Virus record (IMG/VR): IMGVR_UViG_3300013426_000019
Coordinates: 64,001 to 128,000 of that record
Direction: 5' to 3' (one strand)
Length of the DNA: 64,000 bases
Source: a virus
Taxonomy: Duplodnaviria; Caudoviricetes
Positions 41,128 to 50,362 of this stretch are shown here, one piece after another. Made by a program: the position numbers and the translations under genes. Numbering within the stretch: position 1 is the stretch's first letter; the number at the start of each line of letters is the position of its first letter. The notes beneath the pieces were generated by a model. That model made no database searches and had not been told where the DNA came from. It saw only the letters and a program-made list of their open reading frames with translations.

Positions 41128-42627
41128 ATGAATATATATGAAACATCCCAAGCAACAATAAAAACTGTTGCACCAGAAGTATCAGCTATTATAGATCAAG
41201 AATTACAAGATCAACGCAACTATCTTAAAATGATAGCAAGTGAAAACTACTGCTCTGCTGCTGTTATGGCTGCTCAGAGTTCAATCCTAACAGATATATA
41301 CTCAGAAGGCTATCCTGAACATAGATATTATGCAGGCTGTGAGAACATAGATAAACTAGAGGAATTAGGTCAGCAATATGCCTGTGAGTTGTTTGGAGCT
41401 GAACATGCATATCTACAGCCCTCAACAGGCAGTGATTGCAACTTAGCAGCTTATTGGGCAATCTTAAAGGCCAAAATTATTGATCCTATGTTTAAATACA
41501 TACAGGAACAATACAGCCCGTTCTCTTACTCAGCTCAAGGAATTAAGTACGAAGAAAATGAGGCTCCACGAACCTTAAGTGACTTAACAAAATCTCAGTG
41601 GGATACAATAAGGCGTGCATGTCATAGTCAAAAACTTCTGGCAATGGATTATAGTTGTGGGGGACACCTAACACATGGTTATAGGCAGAATATATCAGCA
41701 CAGATGTTTGACGTATATCAATACGGAGTAACAACAGATAGAGAAAGCCCTAACTATGGTCTAATAGATTATGAGGCCTTAGAAGCAGAGGCGATGAGAA
41801 TCAAACCTCTAATCCTCTTAGCAGGTTACTCAGCCTATCCCCGCAAGCTCAACTTCAAGAAGTTTAGGGACATAGCAGATAAGTGTGGGGCCGTCTTAAT
41901 GGTAGATATGAGTCACTTTGCAGGGCTAGTAGCTGGTAAGGTGTATGAAGGAGAATATAATCCTGTACCTTATGCTGACATAGTAACTACAACAACCCAT
42001 AAAACCTTCAGGGGTCCTAGAGGGGCCATGATACTATGCAAGAGATGGCTAGCTGAATATGTAGACAGTTCATGTCCAACCTGTATGGGAGGACAACTAC
42101 CACAAATACTTGCAGCTAAAGTAGTAGCGCTTAAGGAGGCCATGTCAGAAGATTACAAAGACTATGCCAAACAAATAATCCTGAACTCCAAAGCACTAGC
42201 CAAATCACTTATAAATAATGGCATTAAAGTATGTACAGGAGGCTCTGATAATCATATAGTACTTATAGATGTAAGCCCTCTGAACTTAAATGGTAGGCAA
42301 GCTGAAAATATCTTAAGAGAGTGTCACATAACAGTTAATCGTAATGCTCTACCCAATGATCCTAATGGCCCTTGGTATACTAGTGGTATTAGATTAGGTA
42401 CGGCTGCTCTGACAACCTTAGGGATGAAAGAAGCTCAAATGATGGAGATAGGAGAGTACATAGCTAATATCTTAAAAAATGCTCAACCTTATACTATGAA
42501 AAGTGGAAATAAAAGTAAAGTAAAGGTTATATTAAATATAGATACAAAGGAAGATATAACAAGTAAGGTTGTGGAACTTATAAGAGAGTATCCTGCCTAT
42601 AAGGAGCTAAGTAGCTATGAGCAATGA
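41128..42627 (+). CDS. glyA: Serine hydroxymethyltransferase (long type)
   Basis: MIASEN, YSEGYP.HRYYAGCE, GGHLTHG, DMSHFAGLVA, TTTTHKTFRGPRG, SGIRLGT; start moved to the first ATG after the promoter motif. Confidence 0.97.
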   Translation: MNIYETSQATIKTVAPEVSAIIDQELQDQRNYLKMIASENYCSAAVMAAQSSILTDIYSEGYPEHRYYAGCENIDKLEELGQQYACELFGAEHAYLQPSTGSDCNLAAYWAILKAKIIDPMFKYIQEQYSPFSYSAQGIKYEENEAPRTLSDLTKSQWDTIRRACHSQKLLAMDYSCGGHLTHGYRQNISAQMFDVYQYGVTTDRESPNYGLIDYEALEAEAMRIKPLILLAGYSAYPRKLNFKKFRDIADKCGAVLMVDMSHFAGLVAGKVYEGEYNPVPYADIVTTTTHKTFRGPRGAMILCKRWLAEYVDSSCPTCMGGQLPQILAAKVVALKEAMSEDYKDYAKQIILNSKALAKSLINNGIKVCTGGSDNHIVLIDVSPLNLNGRQAENILRECHITVNRNALPNDPNGPWYTSGIRLGTAALTTLGMKEAQMMEIGEYIANILKNAQPYTMKSGNKSKVKVILNIDTKEDITSKVVELIREYPAYKELSSYEQ

Positions 42628-42988
42628 GAATATCTTAGGCATTACCTTAAGGAATGGTTATGCACTATACTACAATAATAACTTCGATAGGCTTAGGTCT
42701 GAGACTATTAAAGAAACCTTAATAGATGCTAAGTGGAAGTATAGTGAGGAAGATAACACAATAGTACTTAAAAAGAAAGATATAATCTTAGAGTTAAGCT
42801 CGACAGGTGTTAGGGCTTATATAGGTAAAATGTGGGAATCACATCGCAAGTATTGGAGAGTAGAAATCAACCTTACAAACTATGAAGATGTCGAGATAGA
42901 TAAAGATAAGGGAACCTTAGAGTTCCTAGGTGAAAGTAGTGAAACACAAACAGGAAGATGCATTATAGCAATTATATATTACAAGTAG
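42617..42988 (+). CDS. Hypothetical protein
   Basis: 123 aa, overlaps the glyA stop, AAGGAG RBS. Confidence 0.7.
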   Translation: MSNENILGITLRNGYALYYNNNFDRLRSETIKETLIDAKWKYSEEDNTIVLKKKDIILELSSTGVRAYIGKMWESHRKYWRVEINLTNYEDVEIDKDKGTLEFLGESSETQTGRCIIAIIYYK

Positions 42989-43012
42989 AGTGTGTTGTAC
43001 TAAATAAACAGT

Positions 43013-43087
43013 GAGAGGGTCATCCAAATAGGATAGGAGCTCCTACTATGTGAGTAGAGAATGTGGGTTCAAACCCCGCCCCCCTTA
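43013..43087 (+). tRNA. tRNA-like element / pseudo-tRNA, anticodon not assignable
   Basis: Acceptor GAGAGGG/CCCCCTT (one mismatch); T-arm GTGGG-TTCAAAC-CCCGC; D-arm with GG; irregular anticodon arm CTAC-TATGTGA-GTAG lacking U33. Confidence 0.6.
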
Positions 43088-43110
43088 ATGCCTCCCATGT
43101 CAACGGCAAA

Positions 43111-43210
43111 TTGGGTATAGACAGCAAAAATTATTCTGGAAACTTAGACATAGACAAATCTAAGAGAAGATAGGCCCTAGTTGGTCTATCAAACACAAAA
43201 ACGTACCCAG
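43111..43210 (+). ncRNA. Candidate structured ncRNA (Y-RNA-like)
   Basis: Closing stem TTGGGTAT/GTACCCAG; internal hairpins CTTAGA/TCTAAG and GATAGGCC/GGTCTATC; own terminator; directly upstream of a TROVE-like gene. Confidence 0.6.
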
Positions 43211-43218
43211 TCTTATTT

Positions 43219-43252
43219 GAGAGTTAGGTTATCCCTAACTCTCTTCTTGTTT
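43219..43252 (+). terminator. Intrinsic terminator
   Basis: GAGAGTTAGG-TTATC-CCTAACTCTC followed by TTCTTGTTT. Confidence 0.8.
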
Positions 43253-43299
43253 AAGAATCCACCAAGTTCTGGTTATATTATATATAAGGAGCCAACACA

Positions 43300-44829
43300 A
43301 TGTCTAAACTAATAGAAGCAGCTTCAAATTATACAACTACTGAAAATGGTGCTAAAACATACAAATCTACTACAGATAAAATACTAGACCTCTTCGCTAT
43401 GGGGGGTGCTCTAAGGAATGCAGATAGTACAAGGATTGTAGAGATGGTAACAAAGGCCTACAAGAAGGATCCTATTAAAACTCTACAAGTACTACTATAC
43501 TTAAGAGATATTAGACAAGGACAAGGAGAGAAGAGGGTATATAGAGAAGCTCTTAAAGAGATCTTAAGGCCCTATATACCAACTAAAGGGGATATACCTC
43601 GCAAACACAGAGCCATACTTGAAAAAGTGTATAATACAACTATAGAGTTAGGCAGCTGGAAAGATATAACAGATACCTTGCCTGTAAATGCCTATGCCTT
43701 CTATGTTAAGAAGCATATGAGAGATGAGAACTCCCTAATGTTCAAATGGTTACCCTCTATATCAGGTCCAAGAAATAGCAAAGCCGAAAGCTTAGCCAAG
43801 TACTTAGGAATGACTCCTAAACAATATAGAAAATGGCTATCCTCTAAGAGAGCCGAACTTAAGTTAGTAGAAACCTCTCTGTGCAAGAAAGAGTGGGATA
43901 AGATTGAATATGATAAGATACCATCACAAGCTAGTCTTAGGTACCGAGAAACCTTTGAGAGACATGATGGGCGTAGGTACAAAGAATATCTGTGCAAGGT
44001 TAAAAATAACCTCAAAGAGGTTAAAATCAATACCTCTACACTATCACCCAGCCAGGTAGTTAAGGAGTGCCTAAATCTAAATTATGAGGACGAAGCCTTA
44101 GAGGTATTGTGGTCTAATCTACCCAACTATAAGAACAAGGATAATGCGTTGGTTATAGCAGATACTTCAGGATCCATGTATGATAATAGCCAGGGTCCTC
44201 TATCAATAGCGCTAAGCTTAGCCCTATACTTTGCGGAACATAATACAGGTATCTTCAAGGATGAGTTCATCACGTTCTCAGAGTGGCCAGAGTTCTTGAA
44301 AGTAGATAGATCAAAATCACTATATGAAAGACTTACAATAGCTAAAGATGCTAATTGGGGTATGAATACAAACTTCAAGGCTGTGTTCGATATGATCCTA
44401 AAAACAGCTATAGAATATAATATCCCAGAAGAAGAGATGCCTAAGACCCTATACTGTGTAAGTGATATGGAGTTCGATGAAGCAACTATGGTAAAGGAGA
44501 GTACCAACTTTGAAGCTATCACCAAAGCATATACTAGAGTGGGGTATTGCATGCCTAAAATAGTGTTCTGGAATGTAAACTCACGTCAAAACAATGTCCC
44601 TGTTAAATACAATGATAAAGGTGTGGCACTAGTATCAGGGAGTTCGCCATCAGTGTTCAGCATGGTAGTGAGTGGTGACTTAGATCCTATTAAGTTCATG
44701 GAATCTGCTATCAATAAACCCCGCTACCTAAATCCTGCTATGGAAATAGTAGCCGAAATTAAAAAGGCTAAGCAACGCCCTAAGAGAAAGGCTAAAAAAT
44801 TAAAGAGAACCCGGATTGACAGGAAGTAA
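43300..44829 (+). CDS. DUF2828-family TROVE/Ro60-like protein with C-terminal vWA domain
   Basis: TENGA..Y.ST...LDLF, LRDIRQGQGEKR, GSWKD, KWLPS, DTSGSM (MIDAS), WGMNTNF, VSDMEFD, IVFWNV, ALVSG.SP. Confidence 0.9.
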   Translation: MSKLIEAASNYTTTENGAKTYKSTTDKILDLFAMGGALRNADSTRIVEMVTKAYKKDPIKTLQVLLYLRDIRQGQGEKRVYREALKEILRPYIPTKGDIPRKHRAILEKVYNTTIELGSWKDITDTLPVNAYAFYVKKHMRDENSLMFKWLPSISGPRNSKAESLAKYLGMTPKQYRKWLSSKRAELKLVETSLCKKEWDKIEYDKIPSQASLRYRETFERHDGRRYKEYLCKVKNNLKEVKINTSTLSPSQVVKECLNLNYEDEALEVLWSNLPNYKNKDNALVIADTSGSMYDNSQGPLSIALSLALYFAEHNTGIFKDEFITFSEWPEFLKVDRSKSLYERLTIAKDANWGMNTNFKAVFDMILKTAIEYNIPEEEMPKTLYCVSDMEFDEATMVKESTNFEAITKAYTRVGYCMPKIVFWNVNSRQNNVPVKYNDKGVALVSGSSPSVFSMVVSGDLDPIKFMESAINKPRYLNPAMEIVAEIKKAKQRPKRKAKKLKRTRIDRK

Positions 44830-44844
44830 CAAATCAGTTATATT
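44816..44844 (+). promoter_or_regulatory. Sigma70-like promoter
   Basis: TTGACA-17nt-TATATT. Confidence 0.7.
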
Positions 44845-44888
44845 ATATATGTAAATAAAGAAAACACAACACACAGGAGAAACCTAAT

Positions 44889-45290
44889 ATGGAAGCTAAG
44901 AAAATTAGAACAGTTGAAAGTAGAATTATGGAACTTGAAGCAAATAGTGATGCTGATGCAGAACTCCTCAGCAGTGCGCTTGCTAGTATATATGAATTAA
45001 CAGCTAAGGTAAATAAGCTAGAAGAAAAGGTAGCTAAGTTAGAAAAGGAAAATGAAAATCTCAATACATATGTAGAACAGGATATTGACACCAGACTTGA
45101 AGATGTTGAGTATGTTCTAGGAATGTATGAGGACCTCGAAGATCTTAATGAAGAAGATGAAGATTGTGGTGAAGGAGACTTTGGAGAAGAAGAAGCAGAA
45201 GATGAACACCATAAATCTGTAGCATCAATCTTAGGCGCATGCGAAGATGTTATTAAGAGTGTCAAGGAGTATCTTAAGGAGGATAAATGA
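44889..45290 (+). CDS. Acidic coiled-coil protein
   Basis: Heptad repeats followed by a D/E-rich tract; AGGAG RBS. Confidence 0.75.
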   Translation: MEAKKIRTVESRIMELEANSDADAELLSSALASIYELTAKVNKLEEKVAKLEKENENLNTYVEQDIDTRLEDVEYVLGMYEDLEDLNEEDEDCGEGDFGEEEAEDEHHKSVASILGACEDVIKSVKEYLKEDK

Positions 45291-46459
45291 AAATAAGAAG
45301 TGGCTTTGTGAGCAATAGTTCAAGTTCTAGCTTCATCTTAACTTATGATAAAAAAGGTGTAATAGACTCAGCCTCTAAGATTGTAGAGTATCTAAAGAAT
45401 ACAAAGGACAACTCTCGATTATACTTCAGAGGAAGAGAACTAAACGAAGGTGAAGATATCTTTGAGTTAGAAGACGAAGATGCTAGACTCATTAGATTAT
45501 TCAGTGAACAGTTTGAAGATATAAATGAAGGAACGGAATCTAGAACGGATTACAGCTCTCCAGAGGAGTATACTGAGATAAATGTACCTAAGGTAAGACT
45601 ATACACTAAAGCAGTCTTAAGTGCGGATCCTGCTGGCTTTGAATACTACAATTATGGTAAATATAATAATATTGTAGATATGTCTGACGTGGAACATCTA
45701 AAGCATGATATATCCTTAGCTGTACTAATAAATGGTCCAACTGACGAAGATAGGCAGAAAAATCCTCATATCGATGAAGATATTAAGGAGCAGAAAGAGT
45801 ATGAGAGAATCTTCGAGAAGAGAATCACAGAATATAGACAGCAAAGAGTTAAGAATGTTAAAAACGAAGACACTCTATATCTTGTAAAGAATGGTTCCAA
45901 TGTTAATGATATTGTAAGTGAGTTTGTAGATATTGATAATGAAGCCTTAGGAGATTGCTCAGCATCTTGGGAAGACTTCTCAGAGAGATACTTAGAGGAT
46001 CCTACAATAGATCCTGAAGACTATAATCCTGACTACTACAAAGCTGCTCATAAATATATCCTAAAGGGTGATAACTATAAACTTAATAAGAGCTATATAG
46101 TTGTATACGATGAACTCCTCGAAGATAAAAATAAGATAATGGAGTATCTTAAAGATAATCTAGATAAAGACAACTACTTGGTATGGACTAACCCTGCTCT
46201 TAATGTTAAAAAGGAAGTCGTTGAAACTATCCTATACAATGTAGGTGGGGAAGAATATGAAGTACTTGAAAAACTTAACTTCAAAAATTGTAAGAAAAAA
46301 GCATACTTATATACTAATGCGGTTATATTATATAATGTAGAAGGCACAATAAGTAAGACAGGATCCTATATGTTAGGAGAAGGAAAAATTGCTTGTGTAC
46401 CTAAAGGTGGGGACTTAAAAGACTTCAGGAAATACATGAAGGAAGAATCTACCTTGTAA
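45287..46459 (+). CDS. MKIRxGFVSNSSSSSF-motif protein
   Basis: N-terminal MKIRSGFVSNSSSSSFI, shared with 63222. Confidence 0.8.
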   Translation: MKIRSGFVSNSSSSSFILTYDKKGVIDSASKIVEYLKNTKDNSRLYFRGRELNEGEDIFELEDEDARLIRLFSEQFEDINEGTESRTDYSSPEEYTEINVPKVRLYTKAVLSADPAGFEYYNYGKYNNIVDMSDVEHLKHDISLAVLINGPTDEDRQKNPHIDEDIKEQKEYERIFEKRITEYRQQRVKNVKNEDTLYLVKNGSNVNDIVSEFVDIDNEALGDCSASWEDFSERYLEDPTIDPEDYNPDYYKAAHKYILKGDNYKLNKSYIVVYDELLEDKNKIMEYLKDNLDKDNYLVWTNPALNVKKEVVETILYNVGGEEYEVLEKLNFKNCKKKAYLYTNAVILYNVEGTISKTGSYMLGEGKIACVPKGGDLKDFRKYMKEESTL

Positions 46460-46580
46460 CGTTAAAAATATATGGTAATGTGTGAAGCCATATAAATCAT
46501 CTCCTTAAAAAGTTTATAGTCCCCTCTTGATCTTAGGAGGGGATTATATTATAATATAGTAAAGGAGAGTAGGAAAAACT

Positions 46581-47675
46581 ATGAAGATTGTTGAATCTAA
46601 AAATACGAACTTGTATAAGTATGAAGTAGCAGAAGACTCTAACTACAAGATCTTTGAGAGTGATAAAGCCCACTACGTCTTCGATAAGAAGACGGGGGTA
46701 ATGATGAGTTGGGGAGAGACTATGACAGACGATCCTCAGGAGTTCCCTGTACCTACTATCCTAGATTTAGAGGTATCTACTAAGTGTAATAAGCCAGTAC
46801 CTTGTAAGTTCTGCTACAAGAGCAATACACATAATGGGGATATAATGTCTCTAGACACCTTCAAGAAGATTATAGATACTATGAGTAGAGGCCTAACTCA
46901 AGTAGCACTAGGTTCGGGTTACTATGGTATAGAGAATCCTTATATCTTCGATATGATGGATTATGCTCGACTTAAAGGAATTATACCTAATATAACAGTT
47001 GGATGTGTTAGAGAAGACTTGGCTGACGACTATGCTAAAAGAGTAGGGGCAATTGCAATCAGTCGCTACGAGGACTCTGTAAACGATTGCTATAACTCTG
47101 TTAAAAGAATGACAGATAGAGGAATAACACAAACCAACATACATTATATGATCTGTGAAGAAACCTATAAGGGAGCTCTGCAAACATTAGAAGATGCCAA
47201 AACGGATCCTCGTCTTAAAAAGTTAAATGCAATAGTCTTCTTGTCTCTAAAAACTAAAGGAAGAGGCAATAGAGGGTTCACACCTCTAAGTCAAGATAAG
47301 TTCGATAATCTAGTAAATAAGGCAAAGGAATATAATATTGGTATAGGCTTCGACTCTTGCTCATCACTTAAGGCGTTCAAGGCTTATAAAGGAGATGCAA
47401 GTGTATCTAAATTGATTGAACCTTGTGAGTCAGGAAGTATAAGCTCCTATATAAATGTAAAAGGGATATATTATCCCTGCTCGTTCGCCGAAGGAACTAA
47501 AACAAATAATCTAAATTGGTCTGAAGGTATAGATGTACTGAGCTGTAAAGATACCAATGAGTTCTTGACTAAGGTGTGGTATAATAAAAAAACCAAGGAG
47601 TTCAGGAAGGCCTTGCGGGAATCTAGAAAGTGCAATGAATATGATTGTAGAGAGTGTCCTCTCTATAATGTGTAG
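46581..47675 (+). CDS. Radical SAM protein with atypical Cx5Cx2C motif
   Basis: CNKPVPCKFCY; PCESG..YINVKG.YYPCSF; C-terminal CRECPLY. Confidence 0.85.
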   Translation: MKIVESKNTNLYKYEVAEDSNYKIFESDKAHYVFDKKTGVMMSWGETMTDDPQEFPVPTILDLEVSTKCNKPVPCKFCYKSNTHNGDIMSLDTFKKIIDTMSRGLTQVALGSGYYGIENPYIFDMMDYARLKGIIPNITVGCVREDLADDYAKRVGAIAISRYEDSVNDCYNSVKRMTDRGITQTNIHYMICEETYKGALQTLEDAKTDPRLKKLNAIVFLSLKTKGRGNRGFTPLSQDKFDNLVNKAKEYNIGIGFDSCSSLKAFKAYKGDASVSKLIEPCESGSISSYINVKGIYYPCSFAEGTKTNNLNWSEGIDVLSCKDTNEFLTKVWYNKKTKEFRKALRESRKCNEYDCRECPLYNV

Positions 47676-47746
47676 GGTATAGTTGGGATATTAAGAACAA
47701 CTTATGGAAAAAACCGAACTATATATAATAATTAAAGAGGTGAGAT

Positions 47747-47971
47747 ATGAACTTCGAGTTAGTAATGGCTTGTATGTGGGTATTGACGGGGGCGTTAATA
47801 GGAGGCTTAGGAACTCATAGAATTAGAGCTAGTAAGAAAAAAGGAATCCTCTTGGATAAGAAGAAAGCTGATAACTATGAGGTTATGAAAGGTATAGGAT
47901 TAAGCTTGTGCTTGTTGGCTATACTGTTCTGGTTGCCTATGAGCTGCGTAGTGAAGACACTACATAAATAG
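47747..47971 (+). CDS. Small two-TM membrane protein
   Basis: Two hydrophobic segments; GAGGTG RBS. Confidence 0.65.
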   Translation: MNFELVMACMWVLTGALIGGLGTHRIRASKKKGILLDKKKADNYEVMKGIGLSLCLLAILFWLPMSCVVKTLHK

Positions 47972-48118
47972 GAAAAAAACTAGCGAAAATTATCTCCGAA
48001 ATATCTCTGTGCTGAAAATTAACTAAACCAGGTTAGGAGGAGGTACTTGAAAAAGTACCTTAAAATAATCAGTCGACTTAGAGAAAAATATCAATATTAA
48101 AGTTATAATATATAATAT

Positions 48119-48194
48119 AGGGGCGAACCCAAGTCGGTAGCAAGGGACTGCCTTATAAGCAGTGTATAGGAGGGTCCAACTCCCTCGGCTCCTA
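48119..48194 (+). tRNA. tRNA-Ile (anticodon TAT)
   Basis: Anticodon arm ACTGC-CTTATAA-GCAGT; T-arm GAGGG-TCCAACT-CCCTC; acceptor AGGGGCG/GGCTCCT (6/7 paired); no encoded CCA; promoter motif just upstream. Confidence 0.75.
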
Positions 48195-48284
48195 ATAATC
48201 TAAAAAAAGTGGTAACTGCTTTGGATTGGAAATCCTAGAATGTTCCCACTCCTTAAATTAAAGTAAATAGGAGAAGTAAAGAAA

Positions 48285-49124
48285 ATGGCTTATGAGAAAG
48301 TAGGGAAGTTCCACCCTGACAAACTAGCCGATAGAATTGCTGGTGCAATCGTAGACTTAGCTTACACTAAGAATGACAATCCTAAGGTAGCCGTAGAGGC
48401 ACTATTGGGTCATGGAGTATGTGATGTTATAGTAGAGACATCTGAAGTACTAAGCCATGAAGACATCAAAGCTATTGTACATAGAATAGCTGGTGATAGT
48501 GTTGATGTTATTGTTAGAACATATCCTCAAGATACTCACCTTGCAAATAATCAGAAAGGTGAAATTAGATGTGGTGATAATGGGATCTTCAAAGGCATGC
48601 CACCTACAGAAGAAGAGAAAACCTTATCTAAGATAGCAAGAGAGATTAATGAAGAGTACCCTTATGATGGTAAGTATATCCTGGATGAGAAGACTAAAAA
48701 GTTAATTATATGTCAGAGTAACATTAAGCCAGAAGACGAAGAAAAGCTTAAGGAAAAATACTCTGCCTGGGGATATGATGTGGTAGTTAATCCAATAGGG
48801 TCCTGGACAGGTGGTATCGATGTAGATGCAGGCGCGGTCAATAGAAAACTTGGCTCGGATATGGGAAGAGGGGTTACTGGAGGCGGTATTAATGGTAAAG
48901 ATATCTCTAAAGCTGATGTCGCTTGTAATATATGGGCAGCTGTTAGAGCTATGGAGTACAATAAGCCTGTAGAACTATACTGTGCAATTGGTGATACTGA
49001 AGTTACAGGCAGAATAGGACATAAAAAAATTAGAGTGCCTTATAAAGAGATTGCCGACTTTGCAAAAAGCTACGTAGATGGCTTAGGTGGGTTTGAGGCT
49101 CTATCAGAATGGGGCTTGTTGTAA
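48285..49124 (+). CDS. metK: S-adenosylmethionine synthetase, short phage type
   Basis: HPDKLADRI, GDNGIF, GG.DVDAG..NRK, GGG..GKD.SKAD. Confidence 0.9.
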   Translation: MAYEKVGKFHPDKLADRIAGAIVDLAYTKNDNPKVAVEALLGHGVCDVIVETSEVLSHEDIKAIVHRIAGDSVDVIVRTYPQDTHLANNQKGEIRCGDNGIFKGMPPTEEEKTLSKIAREINEEYPYDGKYILDEKTKKLIICQSNIKPEDEEKLKEKYSAWGYDVVVNPIGSWTGGIDVDAGAVNRKLGSDMGRGVTGGGINGKDISKADVACNIWAAVRAMEYNKPVELYCAIGDTEVTGRIGHKKIRVPYKEIADFAKSYVDGLGGFEALSEWGLL

Positions 49125-49362
49125 TTCAGTGAAATAGTGGAGTCATCAAGAAGTTCGATGGGGAATTAAAGGAAATATAAGAAATGCAAAAAGAGGAGAG
49201 CGTAAAAACTCTCCTCTATTATTCTAGAAAAGGATTGATCTAATAGATAAAGTATGTTATGATTATATTGTGAGGGAAAGGTAAGAAGAATAGGTGAAGA
49301 AAAGGACTAGACAAATCCTAAAGTAAGAATTATAATATATTATATAGGAGAAAGGCAAAGAC

Positions 49363-49716
49363 GTGGGAACAACTATGACCATAAAAGACTTAAGAGATTG
49401 GCTTGATAAAAACAAAAACTTCGATGATGAAGAACTAGTAGTATATCTACCTGAAGGAGGCGACTACTCAACTGCCTCTATATCTAATGTAGGAATATCC
49501 CCGACAGGGAAACTAGCTCTAATAAGTGACGATGATTATATTATGGGATTTGGGTATCCAGAAGACAGTGAGGAATACAACGAGGAGTTCAACAGCTTCA
49601 GGGATTGTGTAGATGAGAATGCTGTGGACAGAGTAGAAGATTATGCCAATAAGGGTAAAGCTCTATGTGAGGAGTTAGTTAACCTATTATCTGCAATTCT
49701 AGATGAAGTAGAGTGA
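49363..49716 (+). CDS. Hypothetical acidic protein
   Basis: 117 aa ORF after a promoter-like motif. Confidence 0.65.
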   Translation: MGTTMTIKDLRDWLDKNKNFDDEELVVYLPEGGDYSTASISNVGISPTGKLALISDDDYIMGFGYPEDSEEYNEEFNSFRDCVDENAVDRVEDYANKGKALCEELVNLLSAILDEVE

Positions 49717-49732
49717 AAGAGGAGAAGGAATT

Positions 49733-50362
49733 ATGTACGCAAATGAACTAGCTAACAAAAAAATAAGTATGACGAGTTATGATACTAAGCAGCTTGACAA
49801 CATAGCTACTAATGCATACCCTAATACAGTAGTAGACAATCGTTATAGCGATGCCTCCTATAATACAACTGTAAATCCAAAATCAGGTAAGTTTGATATC
49901 TTCGGCAAAGATAAACATGAAGAAAATAAGACAGCTAAGTATGAGATGACTGTAAAGGACCTCCTAAATATAATCAAGGCAATAGAGACAGGCAGGTTGG
50001 AAGGTGTCATAGAGTGTTGCGATAGAAGGAATTATGAAGAATTGGGTGAGGATGCTTGGTATCCAATATCTAAAGCAACTCTACTAGAAAGTGACTTAAC
50101 TAGAAACTACTACCGCATTAGAGAAGTAGGTAATGAGGATAAAGATAATCTAATGAATCACTACGAACTAGCAAGATGGTTAGCAGCTAATAAAGGTGAA
50201 TATAGAAATAATCATGGATTAACAGGTACAAGTTTAGACTACTTAGATGATGAGGAAACCAAAGTTGCTAAAGAATATAGAGTAAGACCTTGGGGGTCTA
50301 AATTGTGGATTAAACCTTATAAGACCTTATATACAGAAACCTTCGGAGATAAAGAAGTATGA
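49733..50362 (+). CDS. Hypothetical protein
   Basis: 209 aa, RBS, coupled to the next gene. Confidence 0.7.
   Translation: MYANELANKKISMTSYDTKQLDNIATNAYPNTVVDNRYSDASYNTTVNPKSGKFDIFGKDKHEENKTAKYEMTVKDLLNIIKAIETGRLEGVIECCDRRNYEELGEDAWYPISKATLLESDLTRNYYRIREVGNEDKDNLMNHYELARWLAANKGEYRNNHGLTGTSLDYLDDEETKVAKEYRVRPWGSKLWIKPYKTLYTETFGDKEV

Noticed and set aside
43013-43087. Calling this a functional tRNA-Thr or tRNA-His
   Set aside because: The anticodon loop lacks U33 and the stem register is ambiguous; kept only as tRNA-like
46466-46508. Minus-strand minigene (MASHITIYF) with an AAGGAG RBS
   Set aside because: Too short to support without conservation or ribosome profiling
48208-48273. SAM riboswitch upstream of metK
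   Set aside because: A hairpin and a CTCCT anti-SD are present, but I could not match SAM-I, -II or -III consensus features; may be a tRNA trailer structure
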